Of a stretch of DNA of 64,000 nucleotides, positions 23,952 to 35,890 are shown piece by piece. The stretch spans positions 87,482,001-87,546,000 of the forward strand of contig JBITNC010000001.1 in the NCBI GenBank assembly GCA_050084985.1, read 5' to 3'. Each line of letters begins with the position of its first letter. The first letter of the stretch is position 1. Both the position numbers and the translations under genes were made by a program. The notes beneath the pieces are model-generated. The model made no database searches. It saw only the letters and a program-made list of their open reading frames with translations, and was not told the DNA's origin. This DNA is from Nageia nagi (Eukaryota > Plantae > Pinophyta).

Positions 23952-26900
23952 TAATGAAGAGCAACTTGAGAATATTTGTACGATGTTAGATGCCAATTTT
24001 GAGAGGACATTTGTTGCAATAAAGAATTATTTTGCTTGATTGATTGATTTTTTCATTGGAGTTCATTCAAATAATAGTAAGTAGAGAAAACATTACAATG
24101 GAGGGGAAACAAGACCTAATGGATCTTCCTCATCCTCATTATCTCATTCCATTCCATTTAAAGTGGAGGAAAAGATGGAGATTCCTACTTTTAATGGAGA
24201 AATAGATGTTGATAAGTTGAATAATTATATGAAATAATTAGAGGTATACTTTTATATCCAATGTGTTGTTGTGATATTAACAAAATCCCTTTTGTGAGAT
24301 TAAAATTGGGTAGACATGCATTAATTTGGTGGTAGAGTCATGTGACAAATCTTAAGCATGAAAACCAACCAAAAGTCTCTTCTTGGGAAGAATTCAAGAG
24401 ATTGATGAAATAATATTTCTATCCTTTTAGATATCATAATAAGCATTTGATTAAATAGAAATTCTTTAGACAATAAATAGGGCAATCAGTTCAAGAGTAC
24501 AGCACTAAATTTAGGTAGCAAGATACTTTTCTTTAGATTTCACTGAAAGATCCTCAAATGTTGATGAAGTACATTAGAGGGCCGCATAGTCATTTACAAA
24601 AGACTATTATATTATTCAATCTATTAAATCTTGATCAAGTTTGTATTCAAGCATAATATTTGGAAGAATATGGTAAGGCAAAAAGGAAATATGAAGAATC
24701 CAAGAAGGCTTCACACATAAAAGGAAAACAAGACAAAGGGAGATATCAAGATAAAAGAAAAGATAAGAAAAAAACTAATACCACTAATAATTCTAACAAA
24801 TAAGGTGATAATAAGAACTATAATCATTATGATAAGGATGGTCATGTTGAAGATAAATATTGGAAACTTCATTTAGAATTACATCCATATAAGTAGAAGA
24901 GTAAGAAAAAGAAGAATGTTATAGTTAATAGATGTGAGAATGTTGAGGGAAGTTTAGATGTTGATAAGAATCTTATTTGCTCATCCATTTAGAAGGTTGG
25001 AGAAGACAAAGAAATTTAAGAATAAAGGGATTTGTTTATTCCACCTCAATATTCAAATCAAGAATATAAGAGTTGATTACATCATTGATATAGGTTCTTA
25101 AGAAAGATTGATTTCTAAAGCTATGGTGAATGATTTGGGACTGAATACCTGTAATCATCCTCATCCATATCCATTGGGTTGGGTGTAAAAAGATGTTAGT
25201 ATTAAAGTTACTAAGAATGTAAGTTGAAATTTGCTACTTGTACAAGATTCATTGATGAAGTTGTAGTTAGTGTTGTTCTATTAGATATTTGTGGTGTTAT
25301 TCTTGGTAATCCCTATTTGTGGAATAGAGATGCTCTTTATTACAAAATATTGAGTAAATATAATTTAATTAAATATGAAAATGTTTTTCAATTTAGTGTT
25401 CATAACAACAGTAAGAAGCTACCTTTGGTCACTTATAGTTAGGTCAAATGATTGATAAATACAACTAAGATTTTTTCTACTCATGATTAGGACAGAAGAG
25501 TCTAGGTCTATTAAGATCATGACATCCATGTCATGTTTTTTTGACTTCATAGTATCCACACCATACAATAGAGAGAACAATATGCAAACATTGGTTCAGA
25601 AGTTTCCTAAGGTGTTTGTAGATCCTAAGGGATTACCTCCTTTTTAATATGTACAACATGAGATTCAACTATTACTTGATGCTTCTTTACCTAATATAGC
25701 ATTGTATAGACAATTAGTTTTGGAGCAAGAGAAGATTAAAAGGAAAATTTAGGGATTGGTTGATTAGGGTATCATCAAGCCTAGTACATCTCTATGTGGG
25801 TCACTTGTAGTTTTGGTTCCCAAGATGGATCAAACTTGGAGGATTTGTATTGATTATTGAGTACTTAAAAAAATCACCATTGAAAATTGCTTTCCATTAC
25901 CTCAGATAAATGATATTTTGGATCAATTTCAAGGTGAAAGTTTCTTAACTAAGTTGGACCTGATAAGGGGATATCATCAATTTCAAATCAAGGAGAAGGA
26001 TATTTGGAAGATCGCCTTCAAGACAAGACAAGACCTATTTGAGTGGCTTGTTTTGCCATTTGATTTGTGTAATGCATCAGCTACATTTATGAGGGTCATG
26101 AATGAAGTTCTTTGTCCATTTATTGATTCATTTATTATATTTTACTTGGATGATATTATTGTGTTTAGTTATACTTGGGAGGAACATTTGGTACATCTTA
26201 GACAAGTGCTCCAAACTTTGCAAAAGGACAAGTTGCTTTTGAAGATAAATAAGTGTGAGTTTGGTAAGTAAGCTTTAGTGTTTTTGGTTAATATTGATCC
26301 TAAAAAGGTTAGTGCTATATTAGATTAGAATAAGCCATATAATGTCATTAAAGTAAGGGGTTTTCATTGTGATATCCAATATTCAAAAAAAATTATTATT
26401 GATTTCTCTCATATTGCTTCACCTTTACATGATGTTACTGGTAAGAAGCAATTTTTTCAATGGGGAAATAAATAATAATCATCTTTTGATATTTTGAAGT
26501 AAAATATTGTTAATGCACCTATTTTGGCACTTACTAATTTGCAAAAGCCATTTAAATTTGAGACTGATGCAAGTGAGTATGCCATAGGGGTAGTTTTTTA
26601 CAAGGAGGTAAACCAATTTACTACCATTCCAAAAAATTTAGTGGGGCTATTTTGAATTATCCTACATATGATAAGGATTGTATACATTGGTACAATCCAT
26701 AAAGAAGTGGAGGCATTAATTAATGGGTAAGGATACACTCATACATACTAATCATCAACCATTGAAGTATTTGCAAACTCAATCAAAGTTGTAACAAACT
26801 AGACACTATAGATGGATGAGTTTTCTATAGAAATTTCATCTAGTGATCAAGTATAAGAAGGGTACCCAAAATAAGATCATGGACATGCTTTTTTGATCAC

Positions 26901-28400
26901 TTATTTCTATAGCCATCATGACATCCATGCCTTGTAGCTCTATATATAGGGTACCATGTTGTGTACAAAGGTAACTATAAGTTATTCCTTTTTTTTAGGT
27001 GTTTTCAGAGGCATAGATGCATTATCCTAATTTTATAGAGGTTTATTAGAGGTTAACTTCATCTAGACTAGATTGTAAAGGTATGGATGATTTTTATTTA
27101 CAAAATTAACTTCTCTATCATTTTAATCATTATGTGTTCTTGAAGGGAAGAGAGTTGGATTGATCAGAGAAGCTTATACATCCCAAATAGGTGGACATTT
27201 TGGGGTTGAAAAGATATTGAAAAATTTACAAAGATATGTATATTGGTACAAGATGTAAGAGCAAGTTGCCGAATACATTAGGGGGTGTTCTTTATGTTAC
27301 ACAAGTAAGCCTAGTAATAGAAAGTTGGGTTTGTATCAACCACTTCAATTACCCAATCATCATTGGGAGTGTATTTCCATGGATTTTATAGGAAGTTTGC
27401 CTATGTCTAAGAAGGGGCATGACTATTTATTTGTTGTGGTTGATAGAGTTAGCAAGATGTGTATTTTGATTCCATGTAAGAATACTATTACAAAAAAGGA
27501 GCCTGCAAGTTTATTCTTTTCCCATTTTTAGGTTAATTTTGGGTTGCTTACTTCTATTGTTTCAAATAGGGATAGTAGATTTTTGGGCAAGTTTTGGACT
27601 AGTTTATGGGAGAAGATAGATATAACATTAAAGAGGATTACTTATTTTCATCCTCAAATAGATGGACAAACTAAAGTGGTGAATATGTTAGTAGTTCAGA
27701 TCTTGAAAGGTTATTGTAGCAAGCATCCTAAGTCTTAGGATGAACATATTGAGTATATCCAATACAATATAATAGGGAAATTCAATATTCCATTGATAAG
27801 AGTTCATTTGATATTTGTTTTGGTTATCAAAAAAAGGATGGAGGAGATTCACTTGTGAAGGAGTGGAAAAGAGTAGGTGAATTCATTTGAATGTCTAAAA
27901 GCAACTCAAAGCAAGCTAAGCTAAGTATAATTTAAGACATGAAAAGCATAGGATTGACCATAAATTTCATGTGGGAGATCTCATTTAGTTGTATCTCAGT
28001 AAGGATAGGTTGTAAGGATCATTTAGGAAGTTGAATCCTATAAGGTATGGACCATTTGAAATTGTTAAGCACATGAGTAAGAATGCATTTAGATTGAATC
28101 TAATTGCATATATGAATATCTATTCCATTATGAATGTGAAGAACTTGAAATTATACAAGCCACCTATGTTGACTAAATATGAAGTAGGTACAAATCATAT
28201 TTTACCATCTCTTGATGACTTAGATCCTCATACTATGAATGAAATTAAAGAGGATTTCATATTAAAAAATAAGGTTTGTGCTACTAGGAGGGGTGAAATT
28301 GAACTATGGTTGCTTGGATTGAAAGGATATATGCTTAACAAATTCAAGTGGATGGAGAGATCCAAGATGAAGGAGTTGTATCCTTATATTTGTTCCATAA
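23952..28400 (+). pseudogene. gag-pol remnant of element A (CRM-like), ending in a degenerate chromodomain-like C-terminus
   Basis: PFKVEEKMEIPTFNGEID (gag); HPHPYPLGW and DICGVILGNPYLW (CRM-type protease); FYLDDIIVF (RT); FETDASEYAIG (RH); WECISMDFIGSLP and HPQIDGQT (INT); YGPF...EDFILKNKVCATRRGEIELWLLGLKG. Confidence 0.9.
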
Positions 28401-28437
28401 GCATTTGTGGGACCAAATGCTTCCCTATTAGGGAGGT

Positions 28438-29086
28438 TGTTGTTCTTAGAGGTTAGCTAAAATTTGAAATATAGAGGTATGATTCTGCAAAAACAAGGGC
28501 ATGCACATCATGCTGATAGAGTTTTTAGAGCATCAATGCTATGTGTTCTGATGAGTTATTAAAGAAAGTTTAAGAGACAAGGTCATTTTGGAAGATGGAA
28601 TGGTTTGGATAGTTCAACTATCAACTATGATTCACATCTACATTTATTTGATGCTATCTTCTTCATTATTATGGGATTGGAAGGTTTGGAGAGAGAGTTT
28701 GTAAGGGAGAACAAGAGTTAACTTATGAATTGTGTTCTTTGAGTGTATTCTCTTATTGTAGGAGTGCTGCAAAGGTATGTAGGAGGATGTATTGTTGATA
28801 TATTGATGGTATTTTTTTATACATGTACATATTGTAATGTTCCATAAAAAATAAGAAATGCACCCATTCAATGTTATATTATCCCACACTAGTTGAATCA
28901 CTTTAAATCATTGTGTTAAAATTGATGTTTGTGTGATTGAATCCAAATTATATGTTTTTTTTAATATTAAATCAAATTTATCAATATTCATATAGATTTT
29001 GATGGGTAACATGGTGAATTAATATTATTTTTGAATCTGTAAGTGAGGATCTGAGTATGCTATAAGCATCTGGTGATTATGGATTA
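28438..29086 (+). repeat. 3' LTR of element A
   Basis: Preceded by the purine tract agggagg and homologous to 3358-4006; the terminal CA has decayed to TA. Confidence 0.85.
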
Positions 29087-29346
29087 TGTTATTGAAAGAT
29101 TTTAGCTTTCAATCACACAATATCAATTTAGTATAATATATTTTGGCATGAAATAAATAAGCTACATATTTTTGGCATGAAATAAATTTTAATTTAGTAT
29201 AAATATATTATAATATCTTTATCAATGATTTTTCCTAGCATTGATGATCATGGGAATATTTACAACTTATACATCAAGATATATTATCAATTTGGTATTT
29301 TCTCATCAAGAAGGTTGGTTTCTTGACAATTAAAGGAGTTGATACT

Positions 29347-29609
29347 TTGAAATGATTTTTATCTTGCCATTTACATATACAAAAAAATAGGTTAGCCAAT
29401 TGTAAAAATTTCCTTCCAATATACCTACCATAACTTTTTAATGTCTTAACACTATATATATATAATATATATATATATATATTATGTATATATATATATA
29501 TAATATATATATAATATGTATATATATATATATATGTATATATATGTATGTATGTATGTATGTATATATATGTATATAATATAGATACATACATACATAC
29601 ATATACATA

Positions 29610-29641
<32 letters not shown>

Positions 29642-30222
29642 ATATATATATATATATATATAGACACTAAAATTGTCCACCTTGTGAAGGATTAGTCCAA
29701 TCTTCTTAGGAATAGGTATTTAAAATCTTATTTCATGGGTTTCAATCATCAAATTGAATTACCAAGTTTTCTCTTGCATAGATTTTACTAGTTAAGCCAA
29801 TTTAAGCATTTAGGATAGCAATATGATTCTTCCATATTTTTCTAACAATATATATTCCTTATTTTAAAACTTCTTAAGTATCCCTTTGTGTTGAAATGAT
29901 TTTTATCTTGCCATTTACATATACAAAAAAATAGGTTAGCCAATTGTAAAAACTTCCTTCCAATATACCTACCATTTACACACACACACACACAAAAATT
30001 ATCCACCTTGTGAAGGATTAGTCCAATCTTCTTAGGAATAGGTATTTAAAATATTAGTTCATGGGTTTCAATCATCAAATTGAATTACCAACTAAGTTTT
30101 CTCTTGCATATATTTTACTGGTTAAGCCAATTTAAGCATTTAGGAGAGTAATATGATTCTTCCATATTTTGCTAACAATATATATTTCTTATTTAAAAAC
30201 TTCTTAAGTATCCCTTTGTGTT
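29347..30222. repeat. Tandem duplication (29347-29890 / 29891-30222) with different microsatellites at the same internal site
   Basis: ttgaaatgatttttatcttgccatttac... and ...cttcttaagtatccctttgtgtt each occur twice. Confidence 0.9.
29453..29662. repeat. Compound (TA)n/(TATG)n/(TACA)n microsatellite
   Basis: Visible directly. Confidence 0.95.
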
Positions 30223-31091
30223 CAGATTAAAATATTTTTTTCTATATTTTTGACATACAACCATATTCATATATGGTTTCTTATATTTTCCTAATTTAGA
30301 ATTCCTCTCCTTACTTTACTCATCATCAAATCTTTGATGCAATTGCAAATATTAAATGTAATATTCCTATTTAAAAGGAGAGTATTCCTAACAACATAAC
30401 TATATATTAAAAGAACATCATAGTATATTTTATCCCACAAAACCATTCATGAATTTATAACTTAGAATTCATAACCGACACATCTAATATAACTTGTAGC
30501 AATAAAATTCAAGGATGAATAACAACTTATCAAGTAGAAATCACCATAAAATGTTAAGACTCAATATTTGATTAACATGGGAAAATTTTGATAATAATTT
30601 GGAAGAAAACTCAATGGGCATACTAATTTCCATGCTTTAACTTAATTTTATTTAATTCCTAAAAAATAATAATTACAATTTTCTATATTTATAATAAGCA
30701 ATAAATTATCCATTAGACCAAAAATGGGCTTTTGAGGAGAGTAATTTAAGGCATTTTTTATGAGGTGATTTTAAACCACCTCCCATTTTGGGTTTAGTGG
30801 TGATTTTCATGGGGAAATTATAACATGCCCCTAAAAAATATAAGGAGGTGGGTTAAAATAACCCTTCAATCTCAACCAAAAAAATAAAAAATATTTTTGC
30901 AAGGGGAGCTTAGGGAAACACTTGCAATTTTATTGGGCATTTCAAGTTTATCAAGTCAAAGGGGATAGAGGAGAGGTGAGGGGGTAAAGGAGAAGAGAGG
31001 AGAGATGAGGTGAGGCATTTTTCTTTCATTTTGAGTGTTTTATAGAGACAAGGGGGTAAAGGAGAGGAGAGAAGAGGCAAGGAAATATATT

Positions 31092-31848
31092 TTGTTTCTA
31101 TTTCTTATTCAAATGCAAGGGGGGTATAGGAAAGGAGAGGAGAAGTAAAATGAGGTATTTATATTACATTTAAAGTATTTTGTAAATATGAGAGTGTAGA
31201 GGAGAGGAGATTAGAGGAAAGGCAAGATATTTCATTTGCATCTCTTAATTTTTACAAACATGAGGGCATAGAGAAGAGGAGAGGAGAGGCAAGGAATTTT
31301 CCTTACATTTCTTCTTCTCCTTTTTTTTCTTTTGGCTGGAGAATTGGTGCAATCAAGTATTCTTCTATATTTTTCATTACATATCTTTTCCTTGTATTCT
31401 TTACATTTTATATACATGTCTTAGGGCATTTTTCAAAAAAACCCATTTAGTATGTATCCCATAAAATTGTGTATGCATAATGCATCTTGTTAAACAATTC
31501 TTGAGACTTATGTATTCTACCATATTTTACATACATGTCTTAGGGCATTGTTTTAGAAAATCCATTTTGTACATATATTGCAATCATTGTAGTACATGAA
31601 ACTATATTTGCATCATTTATCTTATAAAATAATTTTTTATCCTTATGTATTCTTCTAGATTTTGCATGCATACTTAGGGATTTTTTAGAAAACCTATTTT
31701 ATGCATATCTTGTAATCATTATAAACCATGAAACTATATTTGCATCATGCGTCTTATCAAATAATTCTTGGGCCTTGTGTATTCTTCCACATTTTACACA
31801 CATGTCTTAGGGCCTTTTTCAAAAAACATGTTTTGTATGTATTTTTTC

Positions 31849-31942
<94 letters not shown>

Positions 31943-32706
31943 TATTGTTTCTATTTCTTATTCAAATGCAAGGGGGGTATAGGAAAGGAGAGGAGAAGTA
32001 AAATGAGGTATTTATATTGCATTTAAAGTATTTTGTAAATATGAGAGTGTAGAGGAGAGGAGATTAGAGGAAAGGCAAGATATTTCATTTGCATCTCTTA
32101 ATTTTTACAAACATGAGGGCATAGAGAAGAGGAGAGGAGAGGCAAGGAATTTTCCTTACATTTCTTCTTCTCCTTTTTTTCTTTTGGCTGGAGAATTGGT
32201 GCAATCAAGTATTCTTCTATATTTTTCATTACATATCTTTTCCTTGTATTCTTTTACATTTTATATACATGTCTTAGGGCATTTTTCAAAAAACCCATTT
32301 AGTATGTATCCCATAAAATTGTGTATGCATAATGCATCTTGTTAAACAATTCTTGAGACTTATGTATTCTACCATATTTTACATACATGTCTTAGGGCAT
32401 TGTTTTAGAAAATCCATTTTGTACATATATTGCAATCATTGTAGTACATGAAACTATATTTGCATCATTTATCTTATCAAATAATTTTTTTATCCTTATG
32501 TATTCTTCTAGATTTTGCATGCATACTTAGGGATTTTTTAGAAAACCTATTTTATGCATATCTTGTAATCATTATAAACCATGAAACTATATTTGCATCA
32601 TGCGTCTTATCAAATAATTCTTGGGCCTTGTGTATTCTTCCACATTTTACACACATGTCTTAGGGCCTTTTTCAAAAAACATGTTTTGTATGTATTTTTT
32701 CATATT
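31092..32706. repeat. Near-identical ~760-bp tandem duplication (31092-31853 / 31945-32706) separated by (TA)n
   Basis: 853-bp offset; the copies differ only by a few homopolymer-length changes and substitutions. Confidence 0.95.
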
Positions 32707-32957
32707 ATATATATATATATATATATTAGGGCATTCAAAACTACAACATTCAATTTATAAGTACAAATTAAACACATACACATACCCAATTTAGATTTTA
32801 TGGGTATTTTGGTAGTGAAATTCAAAGCTCCCTCAAGAAAGCCTACATGATCAAGTATTTAAGGCTTTCTTAGAAAACCCTTTTTATGTATATGCACAAA
32901 TTCCCCTATTTCTACATTCTCTAGGGGCTTTTCTAAAAACCCATGGTGGTACATATG

Positions 32958-33096
32958 AGTAATGGTTCATATCCCTCACAATAATGTCCCTTGCAAAATA
33001 TTAGAGATAAACTTGATTTTAGTATGGTAGTCATTACATACTTGGGAGTCCTTCACAACTCTAACAACTATTATAGGGGCAATATTTAACAACTTG
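32958..33096 (-). pseudogene. DYW deaminase-domain fragment
   Basis: LLNIAP..VRVVKDSQVCNDYHTKIKFISNI..RDIIVRDMNHY resembles the DYW consensus LLNTxPGTxIRVVKNLRVCxDCHTAxKFISKIVxREIVVRDxxRFHH. Confidence 0.8.
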
Positions 33097-33130
33097 AATA
33101 CCTTTTTAGGAATCCATTTTATGTATATGC

Positions 33131-33583
33131 ATAAATTCCCTAATCCTAATTTTTATTTGATTTTAAAGGAACCAATAAACACATCCACACACCCAATTTA
33201 AGTTTTATGGGAATCTTGACAATGTAGTTCAAAGCTTCTTGTAGATAGCCTACATGATAAATAATATCAATAATGCATGTATAATGATTCATCCTAAGAA
33301 TAATGCAATAAGAGTCACTCATGCTACTAAAGAATTTAAAACCCTCATCCACTAGACCTACATGATTGCATGCAAGTAGAACACATACAAATGTTATTCT
33401 ATTAGGATTGGTTACCAAGTGCTTCACCAAATCAAAGAGTTTAAGGGAATCCTCATTTTAGCCATAGATTTCATATTATCCAATCATTATAGTCCATAAA
33501 ATTGTGTTTGCATATTTTGTCTTGTCTAATAATTCTTGGTCCTTCTATATTATGCTACATTTTTTATACAAGCAATATGAGGC
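33131..33583 (-). pseudogene. PPR gene remnant (S1-P2-L2-S2-E1 motifs)
   Basis: ORF 33146-33430 reads PNRITFVCVLLACNHVGLVDEGFKFFSSM...NHYTCIIDII..VGYLQEALNYIVKIPIK...VWMCLL, the typical C-terminal PLS triplet. It has stops upstream and is truncated in E1. Confidence 0.9.
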
Positions 33584-35890
33584 ATTGATGCAATAAGTAT
33601 TCTTCCATTAGTACAAATAATATAAAAGTTTGATGTAATCAAAATGGATAACATATAGGAGTAATGAGTTGTTTATTTAGATAAAATTCAATATCCACAT
33701 TATATGTGTTTTCTAAGGTCAATAATACATGTATTGTGTTCCATTAATGTAATGCATCCACTAATTATCATCAACCAAAGCCCTAATTTTTGACCTAGTT
33801 TTTTTTTTGTAACACTCGAATGATCTAGGAATGAACTAGGTGATTCCACATGAGTTTGATATGCTGCTAGCTAGCTCAACACTCACATGGTAAGATTGGC
33901 CAAGAACTCACCCTAACAAATTTTTTTAGTGTTCACTTTTCAACACTCATGTTGTTGAAAAGACACCTCAAAAGCAACCTCACCATTCGTATTCCATGTC
34001 TCGTATGCAATAGGATTTTTGATTATAGCATAGTGGTTTTCTACTTGAGGCCCATATTACCCAAGAGATTGCACTTCCATTAAGTTAGTCATCATCTCCT
34101 AATGATAACTCTCCATCTCATAGAAGTAGTTAACTTGTCCTAGGAAAGCTTCCTTATGAGTAGATAGCATCACCTATGGAACAATAATCATATCCCTATT
34201 TGCTAATTGCAAGTGATATGACTACTAATTACCCTTATCTAGTAATAGTAGTTTTTCCAATTACTATTCCCATCTGACTCACCTATCGAGGAATATGAGT
34301 ACTAACCTACCCATAACTATCAGCTAGTTCCACCATGTGGTTCAACATTTCCATGCCCATAACTTAGGGAGTCATGGATATTAAACAATATCCTCAAGCG
34401 GTTGTTTAATATAATATATTTTTAAATGTGTTGACAAAAGAACCACCTATGTCCTCCTATTTTCAAATAGTGATGTGGGTATAAAACATGTTGTAAGGTT
34501 TAACACCATTCATCCTTACCCAAGAGGAGTACCTCAAAAGTCTTAGTTATAGCTTACACAGAAAGGCATATATTTTCTTATTTTATCCCATATGCATTGT
34601 ATCATATATACAGATCTACTTTTTAGAAGATCTCTTGAATACATAAAGTAACAAGTTGTTAGGGAGAATCTTACAACTATTGCTACAAAAGTAATGTGGT
34701 GCTAAATGGTCCTCATGCAAAGAATATTCCTTTGTTTATCATATAGAAAGGTAGGTTTACTTGGTGAAGGTTCTTCATCACATTTATTGCATCCATCTAA
34801 AAAAAATTTCAAATGATTCCATTTATCTCATAGGGTCCCATTGATATCCAATTTGATACCAAGATTCCCTAAATTATTCCAAATGCTCCTAAATTATCTT
34901 TTGGAACCCTAATTCTAAATTAGGATTATTTTCTAATCAATCTACTTCTTTAAAAGTTTTGTTAAAATTATTTACTTCACCAATTTGTATTACCCATTAA
35001 TCATTTTTATGAAAGAAATAGTAATTCTTACTTTTAGTAATTTATATAATCAATACTAATTATGGTATTTGATGACCATAATTAAAAAAAAAAATTCATT
35101 AAATTACAAGACTAATATTTTTTAAAAATTATATTAAAATAATCTACAATATTCATTAATTAATACCTAATATAATCTATCTATGAAATGTATGAATGAA
35201 ATTTACTTTCATAAACTTTGAAGCTTCCATAATTTATTACAAATAGAGATAATGCATTATACAAAGGTAATTCAAATATAATACAACTCATTTAATCACT
35301 AATGAGATATTTTTGATAAATCATACTACTTCATATCCAATGAATTTGTAATTGAAATTTGTTCATGTCATATGGTTTTGACTATTGTATCAATTGTTGA
35401 ACATCTTCATCAATCTTCATGCAATGAGCATTGAACATTCCCTTAGAGCTTAGTGGTGGATCAAGTACTAGGAGGGAGGAGGATTAGGACAACCCTTTTA
35501 AACTTGACCATTATGCAAATAAATTTAACTATAGAATTCAAGAGAAATTATCTCCTTTCTTTGGTCAATGTACATTAATCTATTATTTATTAATCCATCT
35601 TAAATAATTAAATCATTCATAATAAGGTCTTGGATACTTTAATAATTAATTAATGAAATTGGTACTATTTGAATTATTTTACTAAACATTATACCACTAT
35701 CATAATCTCAAAACCATAGTTTATTTAATCTAAAGAGTTTTTGAATTACTTATTTAAAAATATTAAACATGCTTATCACCTCATTAGATATTAATTAGTT
35801 TAATTGACAAACTTAGATAATAATAAGAAAACATATTTTTATTACTTCATTTTTCCCCACTTTCACATGAATTTAATAATATTTATTTAC

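Larger units (their letters stand above)
3358..29086 (+). mobile_element. Element A: decayed Ty3/gypsy chromovirus (CRM-like), interrupted by element B
   Basis: Two homologous ~650-bp LTRs (3358-4006, 28438-29086), a degenerate tRNA-Met PBS, a PPT, and gag-PROT-RT-RH-INT remnants at 23952-28400. Confidence 0.88.
31343..33605 (-). pseudogene. Mosaic of PLS-class PPR / E / DYW gene fragments joined by a recurring linker
   Basis: The minus strand reads repeated DMxxKCGRIHKAQELFDKxHDANIVSWxxMIxxYAxNGFSKKAL units, two S2/E1 fragments and a DYW fragment, in non-native order. Confidence 0.85.

Noticed and set aside
28548-28600. Hammerhead ribozyme at ctgatgag in the A LTR
   Set aside because: No stem II/GAAA core, and the motif is not conserved in the 5' LTR.
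3353-29091. Target-site duplication for element A
   Set aside because: The flanks aaggt and tgtta do not match. They may be decayed, or A may be recombinant, so no TSD is claimed.
30960-31320. GA-rich gaggagagga repeats as a coding or regulatory feature
   Set aside because: Low-complexity sequence with no definable element boundaries.
29274-32001. ORFs rich in YI/YV/CM dipeptides (29274-29680, 31728-32001)
   Set aside because: They are translations of TA/TATG microsatellites.
31420-33130. CRISPR array interpretation of the linker-spacer pattern
   Set aside because: Eukaryotic context and no cas genes. The repeats are degenerate and themselves PPR-coding-derived, and spacer lengths vary widely (about 25-140 bp).
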